DNA of 64,000 nt, from NCBI GenBank assembly GCA_032128875.1, contig JAVLKG010000011.1:140392-204391 (forward strand), read 5' to 3'. The stretch is from Candidatus Melainabacteria bacterium 17Bon1m. GTDB taxonomy: Bacteria; Cyanobacteriota; Vampirovibrionia; Obscuribacterales; Obscuribacteraceae. This document shows positions 18,205 to 28,029 of this stretch, piece by piece. The position numbers were made by a program, and so were the translations under genes. Under the pieces are notes generated by a model. That model saw only the letters and a list, made by a program, of their open reading frames with translations. It was not told the origin of the DNA and did not search any database. The first letter of the stretch is position 1. The number at the start of each line of letters is the position of its first letter.

Positions 18205-20178
18205 TTATCTGTCTGTTTTTTTCTTCGCCGGCCTATCTGTTAGGTCTGCATCGTTGCCCTTTGCTTGATGAATTTCTACCGGGTAGCTGATTATCAATTT
18301 GCGCGGCTTCGTACCCTTTGGCGGATGCGCAACGGCGCAAAGCCAAGACCCGGTCGTGTTGCCGCGCCAGACGCACCGTCCGTTGGCATCTGCCGTCAGG
18401 TCATCGGTTATCTCAACAGGCTTTTTTAGTGGAACCGGAAACTTGTTTTCGACAGGAGTGACACCACGATCGGTGCCTGCATAAAGAGTGACTTTTGAAC
18501 CCGGGACAACGTTGGCTATTTTTGCAACGACCTTTTCTTTTTTGAAGGCAGAGAGCACGTTTTCGGTAATCGGCACAATCCGTGATGGTAACTGCGGTCT
18601 TATTGAAGGGTGCGCTTCCAAATACTGTCTAAATGGAATTCCGACACGCTCGGGTGTGTTGACTATGTTCTTCGCATCCTTGAAGTCATAACCTTCACCG
18701 GATTGGAATGTGTAGTTATTGATCGCGACTTTGTATTCGCTGCTCTCATCTACTGGACTGTAAGAGCCATCTTTGTCTTCAGCAAGAGCAAAAACAAGTC
18801 GCTCCCCGCGTTTTCTGGTTGGATCGTAGCCAATTTTGAGCCCATGCACATCCAGAAATCTGCCGCCTGCGGGGCCGGACACACTGTGCTCAATAGCGCC
18901 CAGCAGCGCTTTTCCTTTAATGGTTGCGAATGTGAGGCGATTGTCGAAAGGCAAAATTTCTTGAACTTTTTCAAGCGATATCGGGCCCTTTTCAATACGA
19001 CCACGCATCCCACCTCTATTGTGTACGCTTATCGTTGTTCCATATGATTTGCCTGCTTCACAGAGCGCATCCGTGATTAGATCTCCCAGCGCGGAATCCC
19101 ATGGATAGGATGTCCAACGATTATCGAAGGCGTCTTCTGCTTGAGAAACTATTGTGCGGCGTAGCGGAAGAAGTGGTTCTACCTTCTTATCTATGTACGC
19201 CTTCATTGCAGGATCTTCCGGTATTTTGTCGGTGATATTGATGAGCCTGTATTTAGTGTCGGCCGCATCCATTCTGCCGTCTTTGTCAAAGGCTAGATCA
19301 AGCCGCCCAAGCGTTCGCCCGTAGCTTCCTGTCTGTACGATTATGGTTTTCGAGCTGTCATCGTGCTCTACAAAAATTGCTTTGTCTAGACGGGTGTGGC
19401 TGTGTCCACCGATGATGACGTCAATTTCCGGAATCGCTTGAGATATTTGTTGGTCGAAGTCTGTACCGCAATGCGTCACAGCGACGATGTGATTGACGCC
19501 TTTGCTCTCTATTTCTTTGACTGTTTCTCTAACAGGAATCAGCCAGTCATCATTCACGTGCTTGACTTTTACGCCTCCCAGGGAGAGTGAAAGGCGCTCT
19601 AATTCCGGTGTCATCACGCCTAAAAAGCCTATTTTCTGCCCGGCGATTTCCTTTATCACGTAAGGCTTGATGACAGACTTGAGGTCTGGCTGTGCCTCTG
19701 CGTCGATATTCGTGCAGAGGACGTCAAACTTAGCGTTTTTCAACTGTTTGCCGAGATTTTCCGCTCCATCATCAAACTCATGATTGCCAATGGTGTACAT
19801 GTCGTAGCCGATCTGGTTGAGCAGAGAAACTTCGACCTCGCCGTGGTAATGAGTGAATAGTGGTGTGCCTTGGAACATATCTCCTGCGTCGATGACGACA
19901 GTGTTGGGAGTATTGCTCTTAATCGAGTGAATCAGGTGTCCCAGGCGCGCCAACCCGCCGACAACACGTCCCCTTTCGCAGAAGGGCTCAGCGTGCGAGT
20001 GAAGGTCATTGGTGTGTAGTATGGTGAAATGTAAGGCTTCATCTGCCGCCCGTGTATCAGAAGTCAGGGCGGAAACGTGCGCAACGCCGAGGAGGCTCAA
20101 CGCTATGACCGCGAGCTTTAAGAATCGCCTGACCTTGAGATTGTTTGTTGGGGCTTTTTCTTTTTGCATGTTTGCCAT
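18205..20178 (-). CDS. Exported 5'-nucleotidase (UshA-like metallophosphatase plus 5'NT C-terminal domain)
   Basis: HTNDLH, DAGD, GNHEFD, GGHSH, N.GG.R motifs; signal peptide; SD GAAGGA. Confidence 0.93.
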   Translation of the reverse strand: MANMQKEKAPTNNLKVRRFLKLAVIALSLLGVAHVSALTSDTRAADEALHFTILHTNDLHSHAEPFCERGRVVGGLARLGHLIHSIKSNTPNTVVIDAGDMFQGTPLFTHYHGEVEVSLLNQIGYDMYTIGNHEFDDGAENLGKQLKNAKFDVLCTNIDAEAQPDLKSVIKPYVIKEIAGQKIGFLGVMTPELERLSLSLGGVKVKHVNDDWLIPVRETVKEIESKGVNHIVAVTHCGTDFDQQISQAIPEIDVIIGGHSHTRLDKAIFVEHDDSSKTIIVQTGSYGRTLGRLDLAFDKDGRMDAADTKYRLINITDKIPEDPAMKAYIDKKVEPLLPLRRTIVSQAEDAFDNRWTSYPWDSALGDLITDALCEAGKSYGTTISVHNRGGMRGRIEKGPISLEKVQEILPFDNRLTFATIKGKALLGAIEHSVSGPAGGRFLDVHGLKIGYDPTRKRGERLVFALAEDKDGSYSPVDESSEYKVAINNYTFQSGEGYDFKDAKNIVNTPERVGIPFRQYLEAHPSIRPQLPSRIVPITENVLSAFKKEKVVAKIANVVPGSKVTLYAGTDRGVTPVENKFPVPLKKPVEITDDLTADANGRCVWRGNTTGSWLCAVAHPPKGTKPRKLIISYPVEIHQAKGNDADLTDRPAKKKTDR

Positions 20179-20788
20179 GACTTCCTTCGGTGCGCCTATT
20201 AATGTATACGGTCAAGTGCCAGGAAAAGTTCGAAGTTTGGACGTAGAATTTGTGCCCGAACCAGGATGTCCGGTAGCAGTGACCAATGGACGCGCCGAGT
20301 TGGATCTAGATCCGTTCGATGTGCCAATTGACGCTCGCATCTATATTGATTACAAGAATATTTCGCAAAGAGCAATCTCGGCTGTCAAGTTTCGGCTGCG
20401 TTTTACGGACCCTGAAATGAAGGATCGCGGTACCTGGCATGCGCCGGACATGGAATTGCTGGCTCCGGGGGCCAGCGGAACGGAAAAATGGAAACATGAA
20501 AGAGTTGATCCCCGGGCAACTTCTTTGAAAGTGCGAATTTTACAGGTGAAGTTTCAGGACAATTCTCATTGGGTGAGCGTCAAAATGGCCGAACTCGCAC
20601 CTAATTCTGCTGGTGCCACCAGTGGAGGTGGCGACGGCCAGATGCATTCTGCGCAACAGTCGCGATCGAATTCGATAATTCCAGAACTTCCGCAGCAGCA
20701 ATCTCCACCTGCAAACACTGGCCAACAGGGCGATGGCGGCGGGCAGGCTGCTCCGGCGAACCAGGATCCGTTCACCTTGGGGCGGTAG
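20105..20788 (+). CDS. Hypothetical exported protein (beta-rich domain plus Q/G/P-rich tail)
   Basis: SD AGGAGG (20090-20095) 9 nt before ATG 20105; signal-like MTASFKNRLTLRLFVGAFSFCMFAM. Confidence 0.75.
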   Translation: MTASFKNRLTLRLFVGAFSFCMFAMTSFGAPINVYGQVPGKVRSLDVEFVPEPGCPVAVTNGRAELDLDPFDVPIDARIYIDYKNISQRAISAVKFRLRFTDPEMKDRGTWHAPDMELLAPGASGTEKWKHERVDPRATSLKVRILQVKFQDNSHWVSVKMAELAPNSAGATSGGGDGQMHSAQQSRSNSIIPELPQQQSPPANTGQQGDGGGQAAPANQDPFTLGR

Positions 20789-20977
20789 CGCCGGTGGTGC
20801 GTCCGATATTTAAGTCTGAGCCGGACTTAATGAGCACGAATTAACAACTATACTGATTTTTCAAATAAATACAAGTCTTTTCGCATATCAGTTTGCGATG
20901 TATTGTATATGCAACATGATGGCTCTTTGTCACCGCAGAGAGCCTTTACAAGAGAATATTTTTGAAAGAAGGGCGAA

Positions 20978-21397
20978 ATGACGGCGCTTTTGTCGCTTGC
21001 ACCTGTAGCAGCCGCCTGCTACCTCTTAGCCACCCTGAAAGGGCATCTTGTGCTCCTTTTTTTCCTCGCTGCCAGTCTTGCCTGGTGCGTGTGGGCTGTT
21101 CTTAGAGAAAGAAGATGTGCACAGTTAGAAAGATTGGCTCGTATGGCGGAATACGACAGTATGATAGATGAACAGGCAACAGCCAATGTTGCTGCGACTC
21201 CACCAGTGGTGTCACATCCTCCCGCGCAGATCCCGGACTTTATAGTCAACTACAATTCAGCAGGCAGATCACCGCGCAGAAGTATGGCTCACGCTAGAGT
21301 TGCTGAAGTGCCGTCACCGGCGGTGCAAGATAATTGGCGCCACACCTCAGGTGTCGATACTGTGCGTGCGTTTCCAATGCACAAGCTTACTCGTTAA
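20978..21397 (+). CDS. Small membrane protein (2 TM plus cytoplasmic tail)
   Basis: Purine-rich SD, two hydrophobic segments, terminator downstream. Confidence 0.7.
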   Translation: MTALLSLAPVAAACYLLATLKGHLVLLFFLAASLAWCVWAVLRERRCAQLERLARMAEYDSMIDEQATANVAATPPVVSHPPAQIPDFIVNYNSAGRSPRRSMAHARVAEVPSPAVQDNWRHTSGVDTVRAFPMHKLTR

Positions 21398-21422
21398 TCT
21401 GAAATACTGACAGCTAAGTTCT

Positions 21423-21454
21423 AAGCCTCAAGTGCATCTACACTTGGGGCTTTT
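21423..21454 (+). terminator. Intrinsic terminator
   Basis: AAGCCTCAAGTG-loop-CACTTGGGGCTTTT. Confidence 0.7.
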
Positions 21455-21731
21455 ACTTTGGTTTCCTTTGGGTAACCCGTGTGCCTGTTAAGGGGAAAAC
21501 CATATAAGGAAAACCTTGAAAATTGATGGCTTTGCAGTTTTTTATAAAGAAAGGCGGTTTTCCAGAGAATCCTTCGGGGTTTCCCTATAAAGGTGATACA
21601 GGTTTCGATGGCATAAGTAAACTAAGGCATTCGGGGAATCCTGTATTCCCACTGGGGTCGAAATCATAGGTAATCCCTTGGAGCGAGCAACCCTAAGAGG
21701 TTTGTGGTTCTAGCCAGAGCCATTTCTTCAC

Positions 21732-22511
21732 ATGTTCTCAATAGAAACATTCAGTTTGCAAGATATGACCGAACTCAGCGCCGAGATTCGCGAGTTGGGC
21801 TCGGGTGCGCGCACTCAGGAAAGCGTCGCGGCTCGTATCGTCAAACATTTGTACGATGGATTCACTTTGAAGAAGAGTGGAGAGAAGGCCTTTGCTCTGG
21901 CTCGCTTTTTTATCAGCATGCCATTCAGAGATCTCGAGCCTCCACTCAAGCGATTTGTCGAATCGAGGCGGGCGGCTAATGAAGATATTCGACCCGATAC
22001 CCGCTGCTTGACTTTGCTTGCCTCGCATGGCGAAAAGACTGAATGGTGCGACCGCACTAAGTCATTGGATCATCGTGCCATTCCTATCGACAGCCCAGAC
22101 CTGGCTACAGAATTGCCTATGGTTGCTTTACTCTGTAAACAGTTTGGTATCGAGTCTCATTCGGTAGCTGATGTTGTCCTCTCCAATCAGGAGCGGCAAC
22201 CACAGTCTCTTGCCACTACTGATAGTGACGTCGTTATGGATCAGGATCAGGCGACGTTCAACGTCTTTTTCGTGCAAGAAGCTTTGGAATCGCCGTACAT
22301 CTATGCGCAGGAAGATTTCGTCAAACCTTATGGAATACGCTCTGTGCTTGGTTATGGTGGTATTTTATCTGCCGGTCAAATTTTTGCAGTGATCCTTTTT
22401 TCGCATGCATCAATCAAGCGAGAAGTTGCCCAGCGATTCAAACCTCTCGCTCTCTCGACAAAGAACGCGCTCTTGCAGGTTCCGCAAGATAAAGTTTTCG
22501 ACTTGCTCTAA
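21732..22511 (+). CDS. Stand-alone GAF-like sensory-domain protein
   Basis: FSLQDMTE..., ALARFF, CLTLLASHG..W.DR..S.DHRAIP, FV.PYGI.SVLG.GG resemble, from recollection, a domain usually fused to kinases. Confidence 0.6.
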   Translation: MFSIETFSLQDMTELSAEIRELGSGARTQESVAARIVKHLYDGFTLKKSGEKAFALARFFISMPFRDLEPPLKRFVESRRAANEDIRPDTRCLTLLASHGEKTEWCDRTKSLDHRAIPIDSPDLATELPMVALLCKQFGIESHSVADVVLSNQERQPQSLATTDSDVVMDQDQATFNVFFVQEALESPYIYAQEDFVKPYGIRSVLGYGGILSAGQIFAVILFSHASIKREVAQRFKPLALSTKNALLQVPQDKVFDLL

Positions 22512-22552
22512 CATATCGTTAGAAGACTAACTGGCAGTAATGTTTCAAGCTT

Positions 22553-24427
22553 CTACTTGCGACGTTTAATCAGCCTGCTCGCCACGCTCGACGGCTCTTC
22601 TAGTTTGAACAAAACACAAATAATCAAATATGCAACGAGTCCCAGCCCGCAGGAAAGAGACAACGAAATGACTTGTCCGACAAAATTTTGCGGAATCAAT
22701 TGAGTTGTCTGACCTGATACCAACCAGGCAATGGCACCGCAAGCGGCAGAAGCAATTAGCATTATTGCCGTTGGATAAACGAGTTTTGTTGTGCCCAACC
22801 GACCAATTTTCTTGCGTGCAAAAAATGTCAGAGCGAATAAGTTGAACACCGTCACCAGTGTCGTTGCAATTGCGATGCCGGCAATGCCTGTCTTCATTTG
22901 AGAGACAAAGAGCCAGTCTAGCGCTGTCTGGAGAATGATGGCGGCAATCGCGACAAGGAAAGGAGTTTTTGAATCCTGGTGTGCGTAAAAAACTCTTGTG
23001 ATGAGGTCTCGTGCAAGATAGAAGAAAATGCCCGGCGCCAGAAAGAGCATAACGGTGGTGACCATTTCAGTCGAATGAGTCGTGAACTTTCCGCGCTCGA
23101 AAAGTAGCTTTATTATCGGCGTTGGTATTGCCATTAATAGAGCGGCAATCGGCAAGGCCAGAAACCAGAGTAAGCGCAAGGCTTTGGACAACTCGCTTTT
23201 CAAATCGTCAATTCGATTGGATGCAACCTGTTCTGTAAATCGCGGCAGAATTGGTACCAGCATTGCTGTTAGCAAGACTCCGAGCGGTAACTGAATCAAA
23301 CGATTAGCATTAACTATGGCTGTCCATCCGCCTTCCTGAATCGTCGAGGTAAAGTACAGGTGAACATACAAACTGATTTGACCGATTGATGTGCTGAAAG
23401 CAGCCGGTCCGAGCATCAACAAATACTCTTTCAAACCGGGATGAAGATCGGTGGAAAAACTCCATTTGAGCGGAGTTTTTAGCATGCCTGGAATTTGAAC
23501 CAGCGCCTGCCCGATTGCACCGGCAAGTGTCGCCCACGCTAAACAAACAATGCCGGCGGAGTCACCAAAAAAGAAAACAGCGATGATGATCGCAAGGCTC
23601 GCTATCGCCGGAGAGAATGATGGCCAGAAGATTTTGTCGTAGACATTCAAGACGCCATATGAGAGCCCGACAAACCCTGAAATTGCTACAAGCGGCAACA
23701 TGATCCGAATTTGGCGGACTGTCTCGTCCCAGTATTCTTGCCGGTGTTCTACAGCTAGTGCGCTTGACGGCGCAATTATCTGAATAAGATCTGGGGCGAA
23801 GTAGTAGATCAAAATCGAAGGGGCGATCAAGAAAAACATGGTGGCAAGAAAAATCTGCACCATCATGCGACCACTGTCCGGATCATTTTTCTTTGGGGTA
23901 AGAACGGCTACTGATGAGGAATGAAAAGGTCCTCCCAGACCGCCGAACAAAATCAGAATATTGCCGGTAAATAAAGTTGCGTTATTGAAGGCATCGGATA
24001 AATAGTTGGTGCCGAAGGCCTGCAGGACCACAATGTCGCGAATTAGTCCGGCGCACTTAGACAGAACTGTAAGTATGGCGACGATGCCAAATGTTTTCCC
24101 TAAAGACTGCTTCTTTCCGCCTGATGCTGCTTCGCCCGAGCCAGATCCATCGGCTGTTCCCTTGTTTCCCCCGTATCCTGAACCAGACTCGCCAGAGCCT
24201 ATATCTGCCCCTTGAGTGGTTTTACTTTGAGACTTTTCGTCCCCTTCTGACAGTTCTGCCAATTCATTTATTTCGCCGTCCGAAACGGCAAAGGGCTCGC
24301 TGGCAAGCGCCTGCAAAAGTGCTGCATCTTTTGCGTCCTTTGTATCTTCGCCTTCTGCTTCCGCTTCCTTCAGAATGGGAGCATCCGGGTTATATGGCTG
24401 ATCTGCCGACACTTGGCGGCTCCTCAC
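22553..24427 (-). CDS. murJ: Lipid II flippase MurJ with an acidic N-terminal extension
   Basis: SKCAGLIRD...FG..SDAF, GGLGGPFHS (cyanobacterial type), ANRLIQLPLG, FYAHQDSKTP. Confidence 0.93.
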   Translation of the reverse strand: MRSRQVSADQPYNPDAPILKEAEAEGEDTKDAKDAALLQALASEPFAVSDGEINELAELSEGDEKSQSKTTQGADIGSGESGSGYGGNKGTADGSGSGEAASGGKKQSLGKTFGIVAILTVLSKCAGLIRDIVVLQAFGTNYLSDAFNNATLFTGNILILFGGLGGPFHSSSVAVLTPKKNDPDSGRMMVQIFLATMFFLIAPSILIYYFAPDLIQIIAPSSALAVEHRQEYWDETVRQIRIMLPLVAISGFVGLSYGVLNVYDKIFWPSFSPAIASLAIIIAVFFFGDSAGIVCLAWATLAGAIGQALVQIPGMLKTPLKWSFSTDLHPGLKEYLLMLGPAAFSTSIGQISLYVHLYFTSTIQEGGWTAIVNANRLIQLPLGVLLTAMLVPILPRFTEQVASNRIDDLKSELSKALRLLWFLALPIAALLMAIPTPIIKLLFERGKFTTHSTEMVTTVMLFLAPGIFFYLARDLITRVFYAHQDSKTPFLVAIAAIILQTALDWLFVSQMKTGIAGIAIATTLVTVFNLFALTFFARKKIGRLGTTKLVYPTAIMLIASAACGAIAWLVSGQTTQLIPQNFVGQVISLSLSCGLGLVAYLIICVLFKLEEPSSVASRLIKRRK

Positions 24428-24499
24428 TGAATCAAGTCAATATTAGCGCTTTGGCGCAAGGCTTAGCGTAGGAAAAACCCGCAGTTTTGCATATTCTGT

Positions 24500-26407
24500 T
24501 TAGCGGTGTTGCTCTTGCTCACGCTGTTCGCGAACATGTGCTTCGCTGGCATACTTAACCGAAGGTGCCTCAGGCGTCGGAGCCAACTTGCGATTGAGTG
24601 CTTTCAATGGATCTTGCGCTAGGGTCTTGTCGGCGGACTCTTTGCCGGGCTCGCCTGTCGGTGGAATACCTAGATAGCGTGCCGCTTCCATTGCAATTGC
24701 GTTGAAGACAGGACCAGCCACGGTGTTACCCCAGCGACCGTCGGTTTGTGGGCTGTCGACGACGACAATGCCCACCAATTGCGGGTTGTTAGCGGGTAAG
24801 AATCCAACGAAGGATGCGATAGTTTGCCCAGCAAGATAGCCTCTGCCGCTGGCTGAAACCTTCTGCGCTGTTCCGGTCTTACCGGCAACTCGATAGCCAG
24901 GCACTTTTCCAGCGATTTGAGTACCCATGGCAATGTTGTCGGCAAGCAATCCAGCTACGTGGTGAGCGACATTCGGTGAGATGACTTCACGTTTTACCGG
25001 CTCGGTCCACTTTTCAGTAACACCGGTGCGTGGGTCATAAATTCGGCGAATCAAGTGTGGTTGCATCCAGACTCCGCTGTTTGCAACAGCTCCAACCGCT
25101 GCCATCAACTGTAGTGGCGTAACAGCAATCGCTCCCTGTCCAAATCCTGTTGTCGCAGCGTCGAGCGGCTTCCAGAATTTGTGGTTGAGCAAGAGACCAT
25201 GCGATTCTCCAGGCAGGTCGATACCAGTTGGTTGACCGACGCCGAATTTCTGCAGCATATCGTGGAAAACTTTCGGTGGCATCATCATCGCAATTTGTGC
25301 CGAGGCAATATTGCTGGAGTGGATGAAGAGATGCAGAAGGTCAATGGAGCCGTGCCCGCCATCGTGGTTGCGAATGGTGCGATTGCCGACTGTGAGCGAG
25401 CCGCCATCGTAGAATGTGGTTGAGTTCTTGATGACGCCCGTTTCCAATCCTGAGCAGACGGTGAGGATCTTGAAGGTTGACCCGGGCTGATAAACGTCAA
25501 CCATGGACCAGTTCTTTGTTGTTTCCAGCGCATACTTGTGATAGCGGTTTGGATCGTATGGCGGATAGTTTGCCCAAGCGAGAATCTCGCCGGTTGTCGG
25601 ATCAGCAAACAGTGCTGTTCCTTTTAAAGCAGATGAGTGGCGGCACATCGCTGCCAATTCTTTTTCAGCAAGGTGCTGCAAATAATTGTCGATAGTCAGT
25701 TCGACGTGGCGGCCGAGAGGCGGCGAAATACCCCAGTCGGCATTCTGTTCTTTGACTAGAATGCTGCGACCGTGTCCATCTAATTGTGGAGTCGGCATTG
25801 CGCCGGTATTCTTGAGAAGGTTCTCTTCTTTTTGTTCGATCCCACCTTGTCCTTTCGTATCCATATTTACGTAGCCGAGCAAGTGAGCGGCTAACTGTCC
25901 TTCAGGATAATGGCGGAAAGGACGCGGGACGATGTCGACGCCCGGCCAGTTTAGAGCTTGAATTTCATCGACCATCTCACGCTCGAGGTGGCGCGATAGC
26001 GTTATGACTGGATAGCCGGAGTTCATCAACTTATAGACTTTCTCTACTGGTTGACGAGTAATTCGGGCGAGAATTTCTGATGCTTCCGCAATGCCTGCTT
26101 TGATCAGTTTTGGGTGAATATAGATATCGTATCTGGTGGTATCAATTGCCAGAGGCAAACCATGTCTGTCAGTGATTGCACCTCTGTGCACCAGAAGATT
26201 GTGCTGTTGCCGCTGAACATGCGCTTTCTGTTTCAGTTCTGGGCCAACGATAATTTGTAGGTAGTAGAGACGGCCAACAATAAGTAAAAATCCGCCCAGC
26301 AGACAGAACTGCCAGAATCGTAGGCGCCACAAAGGAGATCTCGGACGTCTGTCATGACGCCGTGAACGACCTCGAGTCCCTAACTCTGGAGGAGACTGAG
26401 TGGTCAA
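24500..26407 (-). CDS. ftsI: Class B penicillin-binding protein (FtsI/PBP3)
   Basis: TM anchor, RGAITDRHG, SxxK (STFK), SxN (SSN), KTGT; follows rsmH and the ftsL-like gene. Confidence 0.9.
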   Translation of the reverse strand: MTTQSPPELGTRGRSRRHDRRPRSPLWRLRFWQFCLLGGFLLIVGRLYYLQIIVGPELKQKAHVQRQQHNLLVHRGAITDRHGLPLAIDTTRYDIYIHPKLIKAGIAEASEILARITRQPVEKVYKLMNSGYPVITLSRHLEREMVDEIQALNWPGVDIVPRPFRHYPEGQLAAHLLGYVNMDTKGQGGIEQKEENLLKNTGAMPTPQLDGHGRSILVKEQNADWGISPPLGRHVELTIDNYLQHLAEKELAAMCRHSSALKGTALFADPTTGEILAWANYPPYDPNRYHKYALETTKNWSMVDVYQPGSTFKILTVCSGLETGVIKNSTTFYDGGSLTVGNRTIRNHDGGHGSIDLLHLFIHSSNIASAQIAMMMPPKVFHDMLQKFGVGQPTGIDLPGESHGLLLNHKFWKPLDAATTGFGQGAIAVTPLQLMAAVGAVANSGVWMQPHLIRRIYDPRTGVTEKWTEPVKREVISPNVAHHVAGLLADNIAMGTQIAGKVPGYRVAGKTGTAQKVSASGRGYLAGQTIASFVGFLPANNPQLVGIVVVDSPQTDGRWGNTVAGPVFNAIAMEAARYLGIPPTGEPGKESADKTLAQDPLKALNRKLAPTPEAPSVKYASEAHVREQREQEQHR

Positions 26408-26431
26408 CGTGGAGGGCCTCCCGAACGGAGT

Positions 26432-26923
26432 TTAGTATCCCGACATTATCGGGAGACTATGCTTGTTAGCTTTGAATGTAACCATCTTCGGTGCAGCGAC
26501 TTCTTTGACGATGAGAACTTGCTCGGGCACTTGCAAGCCATGACGTCCGACGACGCTGTCCTGAATACCTTCAAAAGAGATTGCTCTCAAAAGCTGCGCA
26601 GACAATTCAGAATTCTGTTCCGATAAACGTCTGGCTTGTTCTTGCAAACGAGTTACGTCATTTGTACGGGCGACGTCCAAACCGTAACCGAGAATGGCAA
26701 TGCCACAGAATGCGATAAGCGAAGTACGCAAAACTTGATTGAGGCGCACCACCAGTGGAGCCTTACGGCTGTCGCGATCCTGTGACGGAGCGGTGACTGG
26801 AACCAGGTGCGGTCTGGCTTGGGGAGCCGAATAGACTATTTGCTTACGAACACCTTCTTGAGACTTTTCGCTTTTTTGGACTGGTTCGGTAAAAGCTAGA
26901 AGTTGTGCGGCGTTGCTCGGCAT
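26432..26923 (-). CDS. FtsL-like bitopic coiled-coil division protein
   Basis: One TM followed by a heptad coiled coil; between rsmH and ftsI. Confidence 0.65.
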   Translation of the reverse strand: MPSNAAQLLAFTEPVQKSEKSQEGVRKQIVYSAPQARPHLVPVTAPSQDRDSRKAPLVVRLNQVLRTSLIAFCGIAILGYGLDVARTNDVTRLQEQARRLSEQNSELSAQLLRAISFEGIQDSVVGRHGLQVPEQVLIVKEVAAPKMVTFKANKHSLPIMSGY

Positions 26924-26997
26924 GTGGTGCTCCCATCTAGATCCGCCATTAAAAGGCGGTAGAAAACGGTAGAAACGATTTCAGAAAAACAGAGGAC

Positions 26998-28020
26998 TTA
27001 AACCCTTTCTCCAACACGTAGTTTAGCACTACGACTACGTATGTTGGCAAGCACTTCTTTTTCAGATGCAGTGACCGGTTTGCTGGTCATTATCAGCAAC
27101 TTAGGATCTTTGCCACACGTGCAAACCGGCTGCCTGGGCGGACATACGCAACCTTTCTCGTACAACTTGAGAATTTGCTTAACGATGCGATCTTCCAAGC
27201 TGTGAAAGCTGATAACCGCGAGCCTGGCGCCCGGAGCGAGGATTTTCACAGACTCATGTAAAAATTTTTCCAGACTTGCCAACTCGGTATTCACCGCAAT
27301 TCTTAACGCTTGAAATGTGCGAGTGGCTGGATGCGAGTCGTCAAGCCTATCTGATCTGCTTTTCGATCGATTCTTGTTATGCCCTCTGGTACCACGGGCG
27401 GTATATATACATCCGGCAACAATCTCTGATAATTCAGCCGTAGTATGTATCGGACGCTTGCTGACTATGCGGCGTGCAATCTGGCGGCTGAGACGTTCTT
27501 CACCATATTTGTAGATGATGTCTGCGATTTCTCGTTCCTGAAATTCGTTTACTATCGTTGCTGCACTAAGTTTCTGAGTGTGATCCATTCGCATATCCAG
27601 AGGGCCGTCTTTCAGAAAGCTAAAGCCCCTTTCGGGATTGTCAAGCTGCATGCTGGACACTCCTATGTCTGCGAGTATGCCACCATCCACAGTGCTGATA
27701 CCCAGCGATTCCAGATGCTCGCCGATGTCGCTGTAATCGCCATGAATGTACGATGCAGCGCCTGGCAATCTTGCTGCGACCTTGTCAAGCGATGCCTTGT
27801 CTTTGTCGATGCCAATCAACTTTCCAGTCGGTCCCATCCGCTCACGAATCGCCTGCAAATGTCCGCCGGCACCAACTGTGGCGTCCACGTAAGTGAGCCC
27901 GGGCCGAATGTTCAAAGCGTCCAAGCATTCATCGAGCAGAACAGAGACGTGCTCTCTTGGCGCTTTTCCCTCTGGGGAAAAGTTGCTCTTGGAATCTTCC
28001 TTTGAGTTATTGCTATCTAT
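26998..28020 (-). CDS. rsmH: 16S rRNA m4C1402 methyltransferase; probable non-canonical ATA start
   Basis: DATVGAGGH, DIGVSSMQLD, GPLDMRM, HPATRTFQALRIAVN, ISFHSLEDR, RSRSAKLR. The conserved HVSVLLDE lies upstream of the track's TTG (27924). Confidence 0.93.
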   Translation of the reverse strand: MDSNNSKEDSKSNFSPEGKAPREHVSVLLDECLDALNIRPGLTYVDATVGAGGHLQAIRERMGPTGKLIGIDKDKASLDKVAARLPGAASYIHGDYSDIGEHLESLGISTVDGGILADIGVSSMQLDNPERGFSFLKDGPLDMRMDHTQKLSAATIVNEFQEREIADIIYKYGEERLSRQIARRIVSKRPIHTTAELSEIVAGCIYTARGTRGHNKNRSKSRSDRLDDSHPATRTFQALRIAVNTELASLEKFLHESVKILAPGARLAVISFHSLEDRIVKQILKLYEKGCVCPPRQPVCTCGKDPKLLIMTSKPVTASEKEVLANIRSRSAKLRVGERV

Positions 28021-28029
28021 TGTTTTTAC

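Noticed and set aside
26955-26976. ops element (GGCGGTAG) or MraZ boxes (CGGTAGAAA x2)
   Set aside because: Wrong strand for ops, only two copies, does not match MraZ TGGG boxes, and there is no mraZ here.
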